From: Catajapyx aquilonaris
Lineage: Eukaryota
Assembly (NCBI GenBank): GCA_000934665.2
Contig: KZ538324.1
Location: 1 to 64,000, forward strand
DNA length: 64,000 bases
Reading direction: 5' to 3'
The notes beneath the pieces were generated by a model. It was not told where the DNA came from. It saw nothing but the letters and a program-made list of their open reading frames with translations, and made no database searches. Position 1 is the first letter of the stretch. The number at the start of each line of letters is the position of its first letter. Below, in pieces: positions 24,498-37,050 of the stretch. A program made the position numbers and the translations under genes.

Positions 24498-27400
24498 ATG
24501 GCGCCGCTCAAGAGGAAGCAGCATGGGACAGGGCCTGATGTGGAGAAGGCGGAGAATGGGGAGGATGGCTTCCAGAATGTAAGTTTGTAGTACCCCTGGA
24601 ACACGCAGCGCAACTTTCTCGCATTTTTGGTGCAGTTTACAGATTGGCGGATAGAGGAAGCGAGCGACTCTGGGTCGGAGAGTGAGCCGGACAAGCCGAC
24701 AAACAGGGGCAATAAGGGCAAAGGGGTGAAAATGGCGGGGAAGGGGAAGGCAGTGGCGGCCAAGATAAAAATTCCCGACAAGGAGAAGGAAGAGGACGAG
24801 GCAGAGACGTCAGACGAAGAGGTGAGTTGCACAGGTGATGTCATATGACTTTGTTTGAACGTTTATCTTTGAAGGATCTGCGCAATACAGTTGGAAACAT
24901 TCCGATGAACTGGTACGACGAGTATCAGCACTTGGGATATGACTGGGACGGAAACAAGATTGCCAAGCCAGCACAGGGGGATCAGATCGACAACTTTCTC
25001 AAGCGGATGGAGGATCCTGACTTCTGGTAATGCAGAAGATATCTCAGATTGCCTCTCAAAGTAAACTGTACCATTCCTGACTTAATCTGAAGAAGATAGG
25101 GAACGAATGACCTGCTCTGCCCACAGGATAATCGGCAATGCTGGGATTTTGACTTCATGCTGGATGCTGCATCTTTCCATAATTAGGGTCATGCCCATTC
25201 CTGTTGCAGTTGTACCCTTTCAATTAAATCTGGAATGGAACAGTTCACTTTTAGAGGAAATCACATTTACCTTATGTAAATGTGTCAAAATACCTAAACT
25301 GATCATGAGTTATAGTGGGTCAGTTCATACAATAATTGCAAGCTTAGTTATGGGATTTATACAGTAGCCTAGCCTACGTGATTAGTAAGTTTTCTGTTGA
25401 AAAAGTTAGAAAGTTTTTATTTTTGTTACTGAGAGTGGAGTCTGCTCAAGTTATTTCCAGGCCTTTTAGCATTATTGATTCCTGGCAGTTGTTTTCTGAT
25501 TAGATTGTAATATATTGCTCCTGCAATACGTAATGAAGTAATGGATAAGTTTCTTGAATAAAACCATAAATGTATATGCCATCAATTTCAGGCGGACTGT
25601 GAAGGACAAGCAAACTGGGCAGAGTGTGGTCCTGAGTGAGACAGATGTGGACCTGATTCGGCGTCTTCAGATAGGCAAAGTACCTGATGCAAATCATGAT
25701 GATTACGCCCCTTGGGTAGAATGGTTCAGCTCCCAGGTGATGGATGTGCCCATATGCAATGCACCAGATTCCAAGACCTCCTTCCTGCCCTCCCGACATG
25801 AAGCCAAGACTGTGGCCAAGTTGGTGAATGCCATTAAGCAGGGCCTTCTAAAGCCCCGTAAACCGAAGGACAAAGACCCCAGGTTCTACCTCCTCTGGAA
25901 GAGAGATGACCAAGCTGAGGAGATGAGGCGGATACATGACCACATTCCTGCTCCCAAATTCAGACTACCAGGGCATGCTGAATCATACAACCCACCCACA
26001 GAGTACCTCTTTAATGAAAAGGAAGTGGGTATCGTTTTCCATCTCACACTGATGTGTTATTAATATCCTATTGTAATGCTGCTTCCTTTACTCCCTGTTA
26101 GATGGAAGAATGGAATAAGCATGAAGAAGAGCCCTGGAAGCGCAAGTATAACTTTATCCCTCAAAAACACGACTCACTCCTCCAGGTGCCATCTTTTGAT
26201 AATTACATCAAAGAGCGGTTTGAAAGGTGCATGGATCTGTACCTTTGTCCTCGTGGCCGTCGAACCAGAACCAAGATAGACCCAGAAGATCTCATACCAA
26301 AATTGCCAAGTCCTCGGGACTTGCAGCCTTTCCCTACCACTGAGGCCATTGTGTACAAAGGGCACAAAGGAATGATACGCACCATCACAGTGGAGGGGAC
26401 AGGGGAGTACCTGGCCTCAGGCTCAGATGATGGCACTGTCAAGGTTTGGGAGGTCAGAACAGGCCGATGTCTTCGCACCTTTGAACTTGGTGGTGTGGTC
26501 AGGCGCGTGGAATGGTGTCCAAATGCATCGCTGAGCCTGATCGCAGTTGCAGTTGAGACCAGAGTTGTGTTGCTCAACCCAAGTGTTGGTGACCACATTG
26601 TGCATGAGCGTACCGACACCATTTTGGAGGCCCCACCTGACCAAGGTACATACGTGGTTCCAACTCACATCCAAGCAGTGGTGAAATGGGAGCAGGCTGA
26701 AGGTGAAGCATTTAAGAATGGGTGTCGAGTGATCCTCCCACACTTCAAGGAGGTAGCGCAGGCCACATGGCATGGAAAGGGAGACTACTTTGCAACAGTG
26801 ATGCCACAGGGGCTGAATAGGTCAGTGCTGGTGCACCAGCTGTCAAAGAGGCAGTCGCAGCTACCATTCAGCAAGTCCAAGGGGCTGGTGCAATGTGTGA
26901 TGTTCCACCCAATCAGGCCATTCTTCTTTGTTGCGGTGAGTATTCCATACTAAGTTTTTTAATTACAATATTTAGAATCCGTTGAGTAGGTTCCCTTGCA
27001 TTTGTGTGTGTGTGGCCAATCAACATTCTCAATCCCTGCACAGACCCAGCGACACATCCGTATCTACGATCTGGTGAAGCAAGAGCTAAGCAAGAAACTG
27101 CTGACTGGAGCACAGTGGATCTCGAGCATGAGTATCCATCCAGCAGGAGACAATGTTCTTTGTGGCACATACGACAAGAAAGTCCTGTGGTTTGACCTGG
27201 ACCTCTCCGTGTATCCTTACCAAAGTCTTCGGCACCACAGGAATGCTGTCAGAGGAGTTGCTTTCCATAAGAGATATCCACTTTTTGCGTCTGCTTCAGA
27301 TGATGGATCAGTCATCATCAGCCATGGGAAAGTCTACAGGTAACATTTCGCAGTCAGTGTCAACAATAGCTGAGGCATTATGTGACACTCAGACTTCCAT

Positions 27401-28785
27401 TGGTGGAAGGCTAGCATGAGAAAGACTTTAACTGGTAGAGAGATATCTTGGTCACAAAGAGAGTGGAGGTTCATAGACACCATGTCAAGGTCCAAACTTT
27501 TATGTCCTTAGAGTGGGCTAGGTCACTTTATAGTGGCAATAGCATGGGGGAAGGAGTTAGGCTCTCCAGTGAAATGTGTGCCTGAAGGCTGGGATGAAGA
27601 GAATTTGTACCTTATTCCAGTGCCAACTGAAAGAGGAGACACTTCCATGCCACCCTCCCTACATAAAAGAAGGGCATTTCCGTTGACCATTCCCTATTAA
27701 TAGGCACAATAAAGACCATGAAAATTAGGGTTCTCCCAACTGCTAGTACTCAAAAGCCCCACGCTAGCCGTACAAATCAGTCGAATTTTGACAGAATTAT
27801 TTGGCAAAAGGTTATAGCTAAACATAAAAATCGGCTTCATTGGTTAGGAGCACCAATTTTTTGCGCATTTTTTGGTGCTTGTGACGACACCACTTAAAAT
27901 TTTGCAACAGTGTAAATGACTTCTGCATTCATCTCATTTAAAAAAATACTATATTAATATGGGAAAAATACCATACCTGCAAAAGAGGGGTCAGTTACAC
28001 TCACATGGAAAAAATTACGTCTCTGCTATTGTTAGTAAGCGAGAATTTTAATTCAAAATATTCTCTTTATCCCCCCTGAAGACTAGCTTGGCCGTGTCAT
28101 GAACAGTGCACATGTCACTTGGTATGAGAAGAATTACTGCAGATCCCATTGGTTTTGGATGATGACACTTGATAGAATGATATGTTACTGTTACTAATGG
28201 ATGAGGGGAGAAATATTGAAATAGGAGCGAATTTGTGTAACGATTATTACAGCGCTTGAAACCTGTCCATAATGGAATTGCATGGGATCCTAAGAATTTT
28301 CCATAATGGTATGTATCAGCTATATTCGACATGGAATTAATGTCCTACGCATATGCCCATTCCCAGAAAAATTCTGCATTGGGCAAGTTTGTTATATTCA
28401 CTCTGTTATGGTCAGGTTTCACTGTATTTTTGAAATCATAGTGGAAGCATCTGGTGTGTAATAATTACTTCTAATTCTTTCATACATGTATAAAAAGTTA
28501 TGCACAAAGACATTTTAATCACAAAAAAATACAAATCAATAGGGTGGTATTGGAACAAGTGGAAAAATACCTATGCTTATGCACAGTAGTTACACTAATA
28601 AGTGGTTCATGTTTTGTTATTGTTTTTGCAGTGATCTGATGCAGAACCCGCTGGTAGTTCCAGTGAAAAAGCTCTGGGGCCACGAGAAGAAGGATGACTT
28701 TTGCGTCATGTCTGTGGTTTTTCATCCCAGCCAACCTTGGGTATTTTCCAGCGGAGCAGATGGAACTATCAGACTGTTTTCTTGA
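24498..28785 (+). CDS. BOP1: Ribosome biogenesis protein BOP1/Erb1, ~711 aa
   Basis: Exons 24498-24578, 24636-24821, 24875-25026, 25592-26024, 26102-26935, 27044-27339, 28632-28785; phases consistent. Motifs [43 protein letters not shown], followed by WD40 repeats ending [20 protein letters not shown]. Confidence 0.97.
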
Positions 28786-28913
28786 GGTTGCACAGTTATT
28801 TTATCACTCTTTGCGAATGGAATAAACAAACAATCGCAAAAAAGACTTTATTAGCAAAAATGTAGCCATTGACCCTTTCTTGTTCGTCAGTGTTGGAATG
28901 ATTCAGTTGCCTC

Positions 28914-31891
28914 TCACTCAAGAATCAACTTTGCTGGTTTTCCGTCAATTTCTTTCTTTAGTCCATTTTTAAGGTGGAACTCCCGTTTTGTATAGGCAAA
29001 AAGGACATCAGTCAGAAGGAAAATCTGAAATTCCAAAATGTTGGTTAATGGCATGCTTGGATTATAAAAACCAACATTCACACCTGAGCAGTGCCAAATG
29101 CCAGGGTAACACTGAAGAAGAAGTTTGCATTGGCTGAACCAGCATATATCCACAAGTGCCACAAAATCGGTGCCAGGACAGATGTGGCAGTGAAGATGCA
29201 GCCAACGATGAAGCTCTGCTGCATGACTGTAACAACACTTCATTAGTTCATAACCTCTGAAGAAATTGCAGTGTGACTCACATGGGTAAAGATGCCTCCA
29301 CATTGGCAGTAGGGATAAGTACAGCCCTACGTCTCCAAGGCAGGGATATGACTTGAATATGGCCACAAGTGAGCAGAAAGAATAGGCCAGCAGCATTGGC
29401 TCAGAATAGAAGCGTATGACCAGGGGCACCACGTAGACAAAGGCATTGATTTGGAAGGTGCAGATAAACAGCAGGCGGAAGTGCTCAAACATCTCCGTGA
29501 AGAAGTACCAGAACAGGCCTATGTTTGGAGTCAGGTCTGGGACGTTTAGTCTGGAAAGGCAAAATAGAAATTAGTCACATCTTATTTTTTATGATAGAAT
29601 CCTTGAGTTGCAGGAAGATACTCACATGAAACCATACGTGGAGTTGATGAAATCCCAGCTTCCTGCAAGTCTGACTGAAAACCACACTAGTACAGCTAAG
29701 ACTGCAGTGTACACAACAAATGTTATTACACAGTGCTTAATGCGTCCTGATTTATCTTGCTGCTTTCCAGCAAGGTATAGAGCTGCAGGTATCACCAACA
29801 TCACTGGGTAGAGGGATTGGTAGGCAGCAAATGCCATGAAAATGCATGTCAGAAGTCTTGTCCCTGTCAATGAAGAAAAAAGACAATGTGATGTGAAGGG
29901 AATTAATTCTAAAAGATTCAGAATAGTAATACAAGCAGTCCCCAACTTACGTAGCTCTTACACAGGTAGATTTGGACTTAGAAATTTCCTACATGTGCAA
30001 AAAATGTATACAGGGCAAACTGGTAAAGCAAAATGCAGGAATTTGTGAGAATACACATTAAATTCCAGCATGGCAACTTAAACCTGCCCAACAGGGCTCA
30101 TTCCCTCACTCAGTTTACAAGTAACAAGACATTTTGTGCCCCACTTCTGGGCATTGTGGGGAATCCCTGCTCACAACAGGTTCAATATTGAATACAGTGA
30201 CTGTATCATCTACATATGTGGGTACAGTATAGTACACTGTATAATGAAAAAACAGGTTCCGACTTACTTATGATGTTGCGAACCAGTCCACATAAGTCAG
30301 GGACTGGCTGCACAAGCTTGCTTTATGTTACGTGAGTATGTAAAAATTCTCAAGAGCATCGTTGGTAAGAAATTACAGAAATCCCTGCCCAAGTACATGT
30401 GGGAAGTTGCCAATGTCTAATGTATCACCCATCTCACCCTTGACCATGCTTAGCAGCCCAGCAGCAATGGAGAGGTTCCCAAACACGGTGGTGGTCATGG
30501 CAACACAGTTCATGACCACATATGGGTTGAAGAGGTAAGCCCCTGTCACATAGCGAGTAGTCACTAGTGAATCAGTGGGCTTCACGAGCAAGGAGGTAGC
30601 ATCCGAAGCACATTTTTTACTCATCTTGGACTCCCTGGATGCCTGGAAACAAATTTCAAAATATCAAAACATTCACTGGAACTGACATAAAGCGGCATGC
30701 TGGTATAAAATGAGGTCGACCAGAATGCTGGTATAACCAAGGGGTGGGCGGCATGTCGCAATAACCGAGGTAGATTTCCGTAATTTTGATCATTGTCATT
30801 TTTTAAATGGAATGCTTCTAGTACCATACTGAAATTATGTTACGATGAAAATGGGCAAGTGTGCAGGCTGTGCAAATATGCAAGTTCTGTTGCACAGTGC
30901 ATATAAAAAATGTACGTAGATTGTGTGACCAATCCCATCGTCACCCAGCTTCTAAATAGAGATTATTGCCAGACACTGCAATTGAAAACAAAATATTAGG
31001 AAAATGTGCCTGTTCAATAACTTTTATGTGAATTTCGATTTTCTGGTAAATGTCAAGTTCAACATAACTTATGTGAAAACCTTGCATACCAGCATGCCGG
31101 TATAGCCACCAGATCGTGCATTTCAAAATCTGATCGACCTCGGCTACACCTGCATTTCGCTTTATGTGAAGTAATATGCTATTATGCAATAAACAACTAC
31201 ATATTCATATTAATATGAAGACATATTTGAGTCCCATCCAACTGAACATTGACTGGACTTGCTTGTTATTTTAATTTCTTGTGACGTATTATTATTTACT
31301 GCTGCATATTTTTTCCAATCCATACCACACACACTGTGGCTGCTAGAGACTTACATTACATGTAACTGTGAAAATGGGGTTTTGGACCACACTAACCAAG
31401 TCAGCTCCAAACTGAGCCGCAGTGAGTGACAGACACAAGGCAGTGAGGATGTCACAGACGATGAAAAGCAGGTGAATTAAAGATGGCCTCAGAAATTGGA
31501 GCAAGGTGTCGTAAATGCAGAGATCAACTGGAGAGGCATGGAAGAGATCCCCATCATACGGGGATATGTTGCGACGACACAAGTACGATCCTTCCTCCAC
31601 TGGAAAGCACAAGACATTCCGTAGTTGTACAGTACATTGCTATTACAATATTTTTGCTCTTGTACACTATAATCACGCAGGATGACAGTTGCAGTCGTGC
31701 AGTGTCTACACCAGCCACGCTTGCGGTTACTAAATTCATTGTCATGTGGTCTGCATGAGCTCACCTCTCTTCCAGGAGTTGTGTGGAGTGGAGACCTCGA
31801 TCCTGTCCTGGATCCAGGTCCTGTACTCCGACCTGAAGAGGAGGAACCGGAGGAGGCCCCCTCCCGCCGCCTGCACCAGGAGACCCACCAT
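28914..31891 (-). CDS. PIGU: GPI transamidase subunit PIG-U, ~431 aa
   Basis: Exons (minus): 31765-31891, 31397-31599, 30438-30642, 29626-29863, 29282-29550, 29084-29226, 28914-29024. Motifs RIEVSTPHNSWKR, SPYDGDLFH, YLFNPY, DLTPNIGLFWYFFTEMFEHF, FKSYPCLGD. Confidence 0.95.
29932..30310. mobile_element. Old Tigger/MER-like MITE in a PIGU intron
   Basis: Imperfect TIRs CAAGCAGTCCCCAACTTACG / CATAAGTCAGGGACTGGCTG, with TA on the left. Confidence 0.5.
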
Positions 31892-32375
31892 CTCTCTCTC
31901 CTCCTGGGGGGACTGGCGCTACCCTATCCTCCGGGGTCAGCACGCCAAGAAGACGACCTGCGAGACACGGCTCTCCCTCAGTCTGACGACTCTGACCTCT
32001 CCGCTCTCCCTTGCAGTCCCCTAATCGGCCATTACGGCACCCGAGACGACCGTGCTTGGGACACCGGCCGCCATCTGCGCTCAATCAACTGACGGGCGCG
32101 CCACCTTCCTTCCACTCCCCGATCACAGGTGGCAGCCCTGGGCGGATAAGCGCACTGAATGAGTGGAGTCGGGACAACACGCTCTCGTTGTCAATCTTGG
32201 CAAGGATCCGTCGCATACAGGGCGTGTAGCAGGCATATGGCGCCACCTCCCAATCGACTTTTCGCTCGTTCTAGTCCCGTCGCATGCTAGTCGGGCTGTC
32301 ACCCCGCTCCAGAGCCGTCCATTCTGTTCCATTTTGGCGGAGTAGGGCCTGGCACACACCGCAGAAATAGCAACA
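31892..32375. promoter_or_regulatory. Short bidirectional promoter PIGU/BBS4
   Basis: 484 bp of CpG-rich DNA between divergent ATGs at 31891 and 32376. Confidence 0.7.
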
Positions 32376-35300
32376 ATGTTTGAAGGGGCAGAAGAGCGGG
32401 GGAGTGCCATGGTAACACCTCCATTGCCATAATGTCGGCGCGTTGCAGTTGCTGGTATATGATAGCTAGGTAATTGTTGTTTTGCATTACAGCCCGGTGT
32501 GCGTGGGAGTATGCATCCAGCGGAGGCACCGGAAGTACCAGTCAATGGGCAGGTGACCCCAGTTGCACCTCCGTCCTCTGCTTCCCTCAGGGGGAGACCA
32601 AGGGTCAAGAAAGGTAGGGCTGTGCCATCATTATCAAAAAGGTGCAGATGACATCCCATGGCAAGTGGCGGAGGAATTCCAGTAATGTGTCTTGGCTCTA
32701 ATGCAACTGCATTATAATCGGGAGTTCACATATATACTTACCATACACATAAGCATTGTAATGCAGAGATCACTAGTTTTCAACTGATATTTGTTTCAAC
32801 TCCTTGCGATGGGAAATCTCATGTTTTTAACCGAATTTTAAACATTCTAATAGACACTTATTAATTTGTTTTATTTTTATGTTTTTGCAGCACCGGAACT
32901 GCAGCCTGTGGAAGGTCGGAACTGGCTTATTCATTTCCATTTTGTGAGGAAGGAGTATGCACTCTGCAAAACCATCATTCAAAGCCAGTTGGAAAAGACA
33001 CATGGCATGTGTGAATATGCCAATTATGTGAATGTAAGTGATGCACGACTTAAGGGCTATTTAAAAGTTGCAAACTTCTTGTTATCATTACGTTATCACT
33101 GTCACACCCCATTATCATTACCTTTTTAGCATTACACAACAGTGTGACCGTATCCCATTTTTTTCTTCATGGAAAAACCTGGATTAGTTTTGATTTTAGT
33201 GCTTATTTAAATTTGCAACACTTTCCTTTGAAAGAAAATAATGAATTGAGGGTAAGTTGTACTGAAAACGGGTGAAGCTATTAAAATCGCTAACAGTACT
33301 GTCCAGAAAAGCACAAATACTCTGCACATGACAAACTGAAAGAAATTCAATGAAAATGACTAATTGACCAAATTTTTCACTCCTTGAACATGAATCCATA
33401 ATTGAAAAATGCAGCATTATTTGTCAATGAAGTTTACATCATAAGTAAAAGTGTGTGAATGACACCTGTTTTTACAGGGAATGATTCTCAGGCTGGAAGG
33501 AAAAATACAGTCATCACTTGAACAGTTCCAGATATGCCACATGCTGAACCCAAACAACGTCAGCAATGTGAAGCAGCTGGCTCGATCTCTGTAACTAAAA
33601 TAATATGTGCATAGCTCATTGTGTGATTTCCTGATATGTCATCAATCTCAACGTGCTTCCTTTTTTTCCACAAGATTTTTGCTTGGGAAACACAAGTTGG
33701 CCGTAAAAGCTTACAAAGAAGCTGAGGTGCTGTCGGACAAAGCTGACTGGGAGATTTACCATAACCTAGGTGAAACTCTGGTTTCCCACTCACTATTGCT
33801 GATTTATTAATATATGCTGTATTTTCCAGGGGTATGCTTCATGTATTTGAAAGAGTACAACGTTGCCAAAGATCACCTGAAGCAAGCTCTGTTACTTAAC
33901 CACCATGAAATGACTTACGATATGTTAGGAAAAATATACCTTCTTGAAAATGACATAATTGAAGCAATTGAAACCTACAAGAAGGCAGTTGAGTAAGTAT
34001 TATTATGGACTGTCTACTCCAAGATCACAGCATAAGTTTGGCCATTACCATGGTAATTAATTGGAACCGTGAGTGATGGTAAAGGTCCGTTCTCAAAGCA
34101 GCGGGTTGGAGCAAAGCGCGCGCTTGCAAGCGCCTTGGAGCGGGTGGTTTGGTCGCTCGAGAATATTCTGGTCTTCACGAAGTAGCTGGTGCGCGTGGCT
34201 GGTGCGCGCTAGAGTAAGCACGTAGACCATTTTCAGCGGCGGGCTAATTAAAATATTTTAAATAATTACGTTTTGCCTATGAACTTATATGACATAATAG
34301 TGACATTTAATACCAAATACACCTGCAATTTTGTAAACTATTTTCAAGTAAATAAAGACCACGTCACGTGCCATATTCCAAAACATTCGAATCGGAGCCC
34401 ACGTGATTACGTCACGTGACCACGTGACTCCCACAGGGCCACTGGATTGGTCCCCATGGAGCGGGTGGTGGGCCAAAGTGGGTAGAAATCAACCCGGAGT
34501 AGATCGCACCCGCTAGCTCCTAGCAGCTGGCAAGTGTATCTCTACTGATCTCTACCCACTTTCGAATGACGTCAGAGCGGGCAAACCACCCGCTCCAAGG
34601 CACTTGCAAGCGCACGTTTTGCTCCAACCCGCTGCTTTGAGAACAGACCTTAAGTACCAGGACAATGCCTGAACTTCTGCTTCAATCTTGGAATAGGTTC
34701 CCTATGTATAAAATGATGGTTTCTCTGCTGGTTATCTACAACATGTGTGCATTTTCCCCCAGGCATACCCCTGAGAGTTCTGAACTCCTTACCACCCTGG
34801 GACTCTTGTACGTCCAAACGGGTCAGCACAAAAAGGCATTTGAGAAGCTCGGCTCAGCCCTAGCTTACGATCCTACCAACACCAAAGCCATAATTGCAGC
34901 AGGTTCCATGATGCAGTCACATGGGGATTACGAAGTGGCCTTGTCCAAGTATAAGGTGGCCACCCACATCTCACCCGAGTCACATGCTCTGTGGAATAAC
35001 ATAGGCATGTGTTTCTTTGGAAAGAAGAAGTATGTGGCTGCCATCAGCTGCTTGAAACGGGCTAATTATCTTGCCCCATTTGATTGGAAATGCCTCTACA
35101 ACCTGGGCCTGGTTCACCTCACCATGCAGCAGTATGCCTCAGCCTTCCACTTCCTCTCTGCATCTGTCAACATCAGGCCAACTCGTGGTCATACCTTCAT
35201 GCTGCTAGCTAGTGAGTGGGAATTCTTTTCTTGTAGTTGACAATATGAAGGAGCATTATTTGGGAATAGTAGATGTCCAAATCCAAGAAACTCACCTATA

Positions 35301-36601
35301 TCAATGATGTTACTTTGATGGATTGGGCAGTCAGGTAAATCCATGGTCAATCCCCATACATTCAGAGACTGAATACCCCTTGTAAAGTGCAGGAAATCTT
35401 AGGTGAATCTTGTCCATTTAAAAAGAATATCTGTCACCTCGTGTTTCCTTCAGGCCATCTCAGATTATGCGCTCAGATTTGTAAATCCAATGCATGTGCT
35501 GTCATTGAGGACAAGCCCCTATCTCTCTTGGATACATGTGATGAATGCACAATTGAGAGAATAATTTATTTAGAAATCATGCATCCACCACAAGGGGTAT
35601 GTGGAGAGGAGAGGAGTAAGCCAGGGTGATTGGGGTTGGGGCGAATGCAGGAGGTAGAATATTCAGTGTGGACCTCCGTCTGAGCCATCTAGGACTATTG
35701 CATAACAAGAAAGCTGTGGGGTGGGTTATTTGTCAGTGCTATTCTGATGACACTTCAAGGGCCTTCCACACATTGGATGCATGAATCTGGATGTATTGTA
35801 TGAAAGGGTCGTGACTCTCATGTAATAGTTGTCTGCTTCCCCAGTGGCACTGCATCATCTGGATGATGTGGAGAACGCCCATCAAGCATATGAGCAGGCT
35901 GTTGCACTTGAGGTCAGGGATGTTGTGGTGCCTCTTAACTACGCTATTTTTCTCTACAACAATGGGGACAAGAGTGGTGCTGGAGTGCAGTTAGCACAGT
36001 TTGAAGTTAGGGTCCTCAAGCACAGACAGGCTTCTGGAACAGGGATGGATGTTGACCCAGAGGTGGGTAGGGAATTAAATTAACGTTATTTTTGAAGACC
36101 TCAGGGGAACAACGATCAGGGTCCACTTTTTGTCAAAAATGAGTTACATATCTCAGAAGATAGTTTCACTAGTGTAGAATATGATGGTTTGGTCACGGTT
36201 GTGGAGAAATGATCATAAGTCACAATGGAAGGCCCTGAAAGTGGGATTTACAATGGAACCTTATGGGCCTTCGAAATTTAAAAAATTAAAATATCTCAGT
36301 TTCACCTCAGGTGGACTATGATCATTCTTCCCCCGAGGTCGTCATTTAATGTCACAAAAAAATCTAATACCTCATCTCATAGTATTTGGAGACTGGACTC
36401 CGCCTGGCCTCAGCTTTGGGAGTAAAGAGCAACCTCCAGGGCAAAGGGAAGTCAACAAGCAGGCCAAAAGTGCAGGCATCAAAAGAAAAGTCATCCAATC
36501 TTGCACCCAATGCTGCATCAAAAAGTGATACCAAAGTGGAGGAGAAGGTGGGAGAAGCTTCTGAGCAAAAGGCAGCAGGAATGGAGCCTGATGAAGTTTG
36601 A
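32376..36601 (+). CDS. BBS4: Bardet-Biedl syndrome 4 protein (BBSome TPR subunit), ~518 aa
   Basis: Exons 32376-32411 (tentative; an alternative ATG lies at 32511), 32493-32613, 32891-33033, 33478-33590, 33675-33769, 33830-33992, 34763-35211, 35845-36062, 36383-36601. Motifs KKAPE..NWLIH and [33 protein letters not shown]. Confidence 0.95.
34083..34650. mobile_element. PIF/Harbinger-type MITE in a BBS4 intron
   Basis: TAA TSD (34080-82, 34651-53). ~68-bp TIRs AGGTCCGTTCTCAAAGCAGCGGGTTGGAGCAAA... CpG-rich, so probably young. Confidence 0.85.
36094..36343. mobile_element. Unclassified MITE in the last BBS4 intron
   Basis: Imperfect TIRs GAAGACCTCAGGGGAACAACGATCAGGGTCCAC / GTGGACTATGATCATTCTTCCCCCGAGGTCGTC. 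Confidence 0.55.
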
Positions 36602-37050
36602 TTGATTCACAACTGAGCAAGAGACATTTCCGTCCATTTTTGCCAGTGCTAGTCAGTTCTAGTCTTAACTTGAAGGCTAACAGTAGGGTAGTAAAGCTTG
36701 TTATCTTTGTTGTTGATATTTGCAAGCACTGCCAAGAAGTAATATTAAGATCGAATTGAAGGCTTATCGGAATCTATGGAAAAGATGTGTGCAAAATTTG
36801 TTTGGACAGTCCCACAAGCCACAACATTACATTTCCTGCATCATTTTGCACTGCATTTTAAATAACTTGGAGTTTGAAGAAATTATTCATGTTTATAGTT
36901 AAAACACGTGTATATTTTTGCACATGATAAACATTATCACAGATAACATATGTTAAGTATATAATAATTAGGTAGTCTAGTTCCCATGTACTCGTGACAC
37001 ATTCTTACACATGCACACACATCTGTCACACATAAATAGATGGCCCTGCC

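Noticed and set aside
31682..32659. Several long overlapping ORFs around the PIGU/BBS4 starts
   Set aside because: They are explained by GC-rich promoter DNA and antisense frames of real exons.
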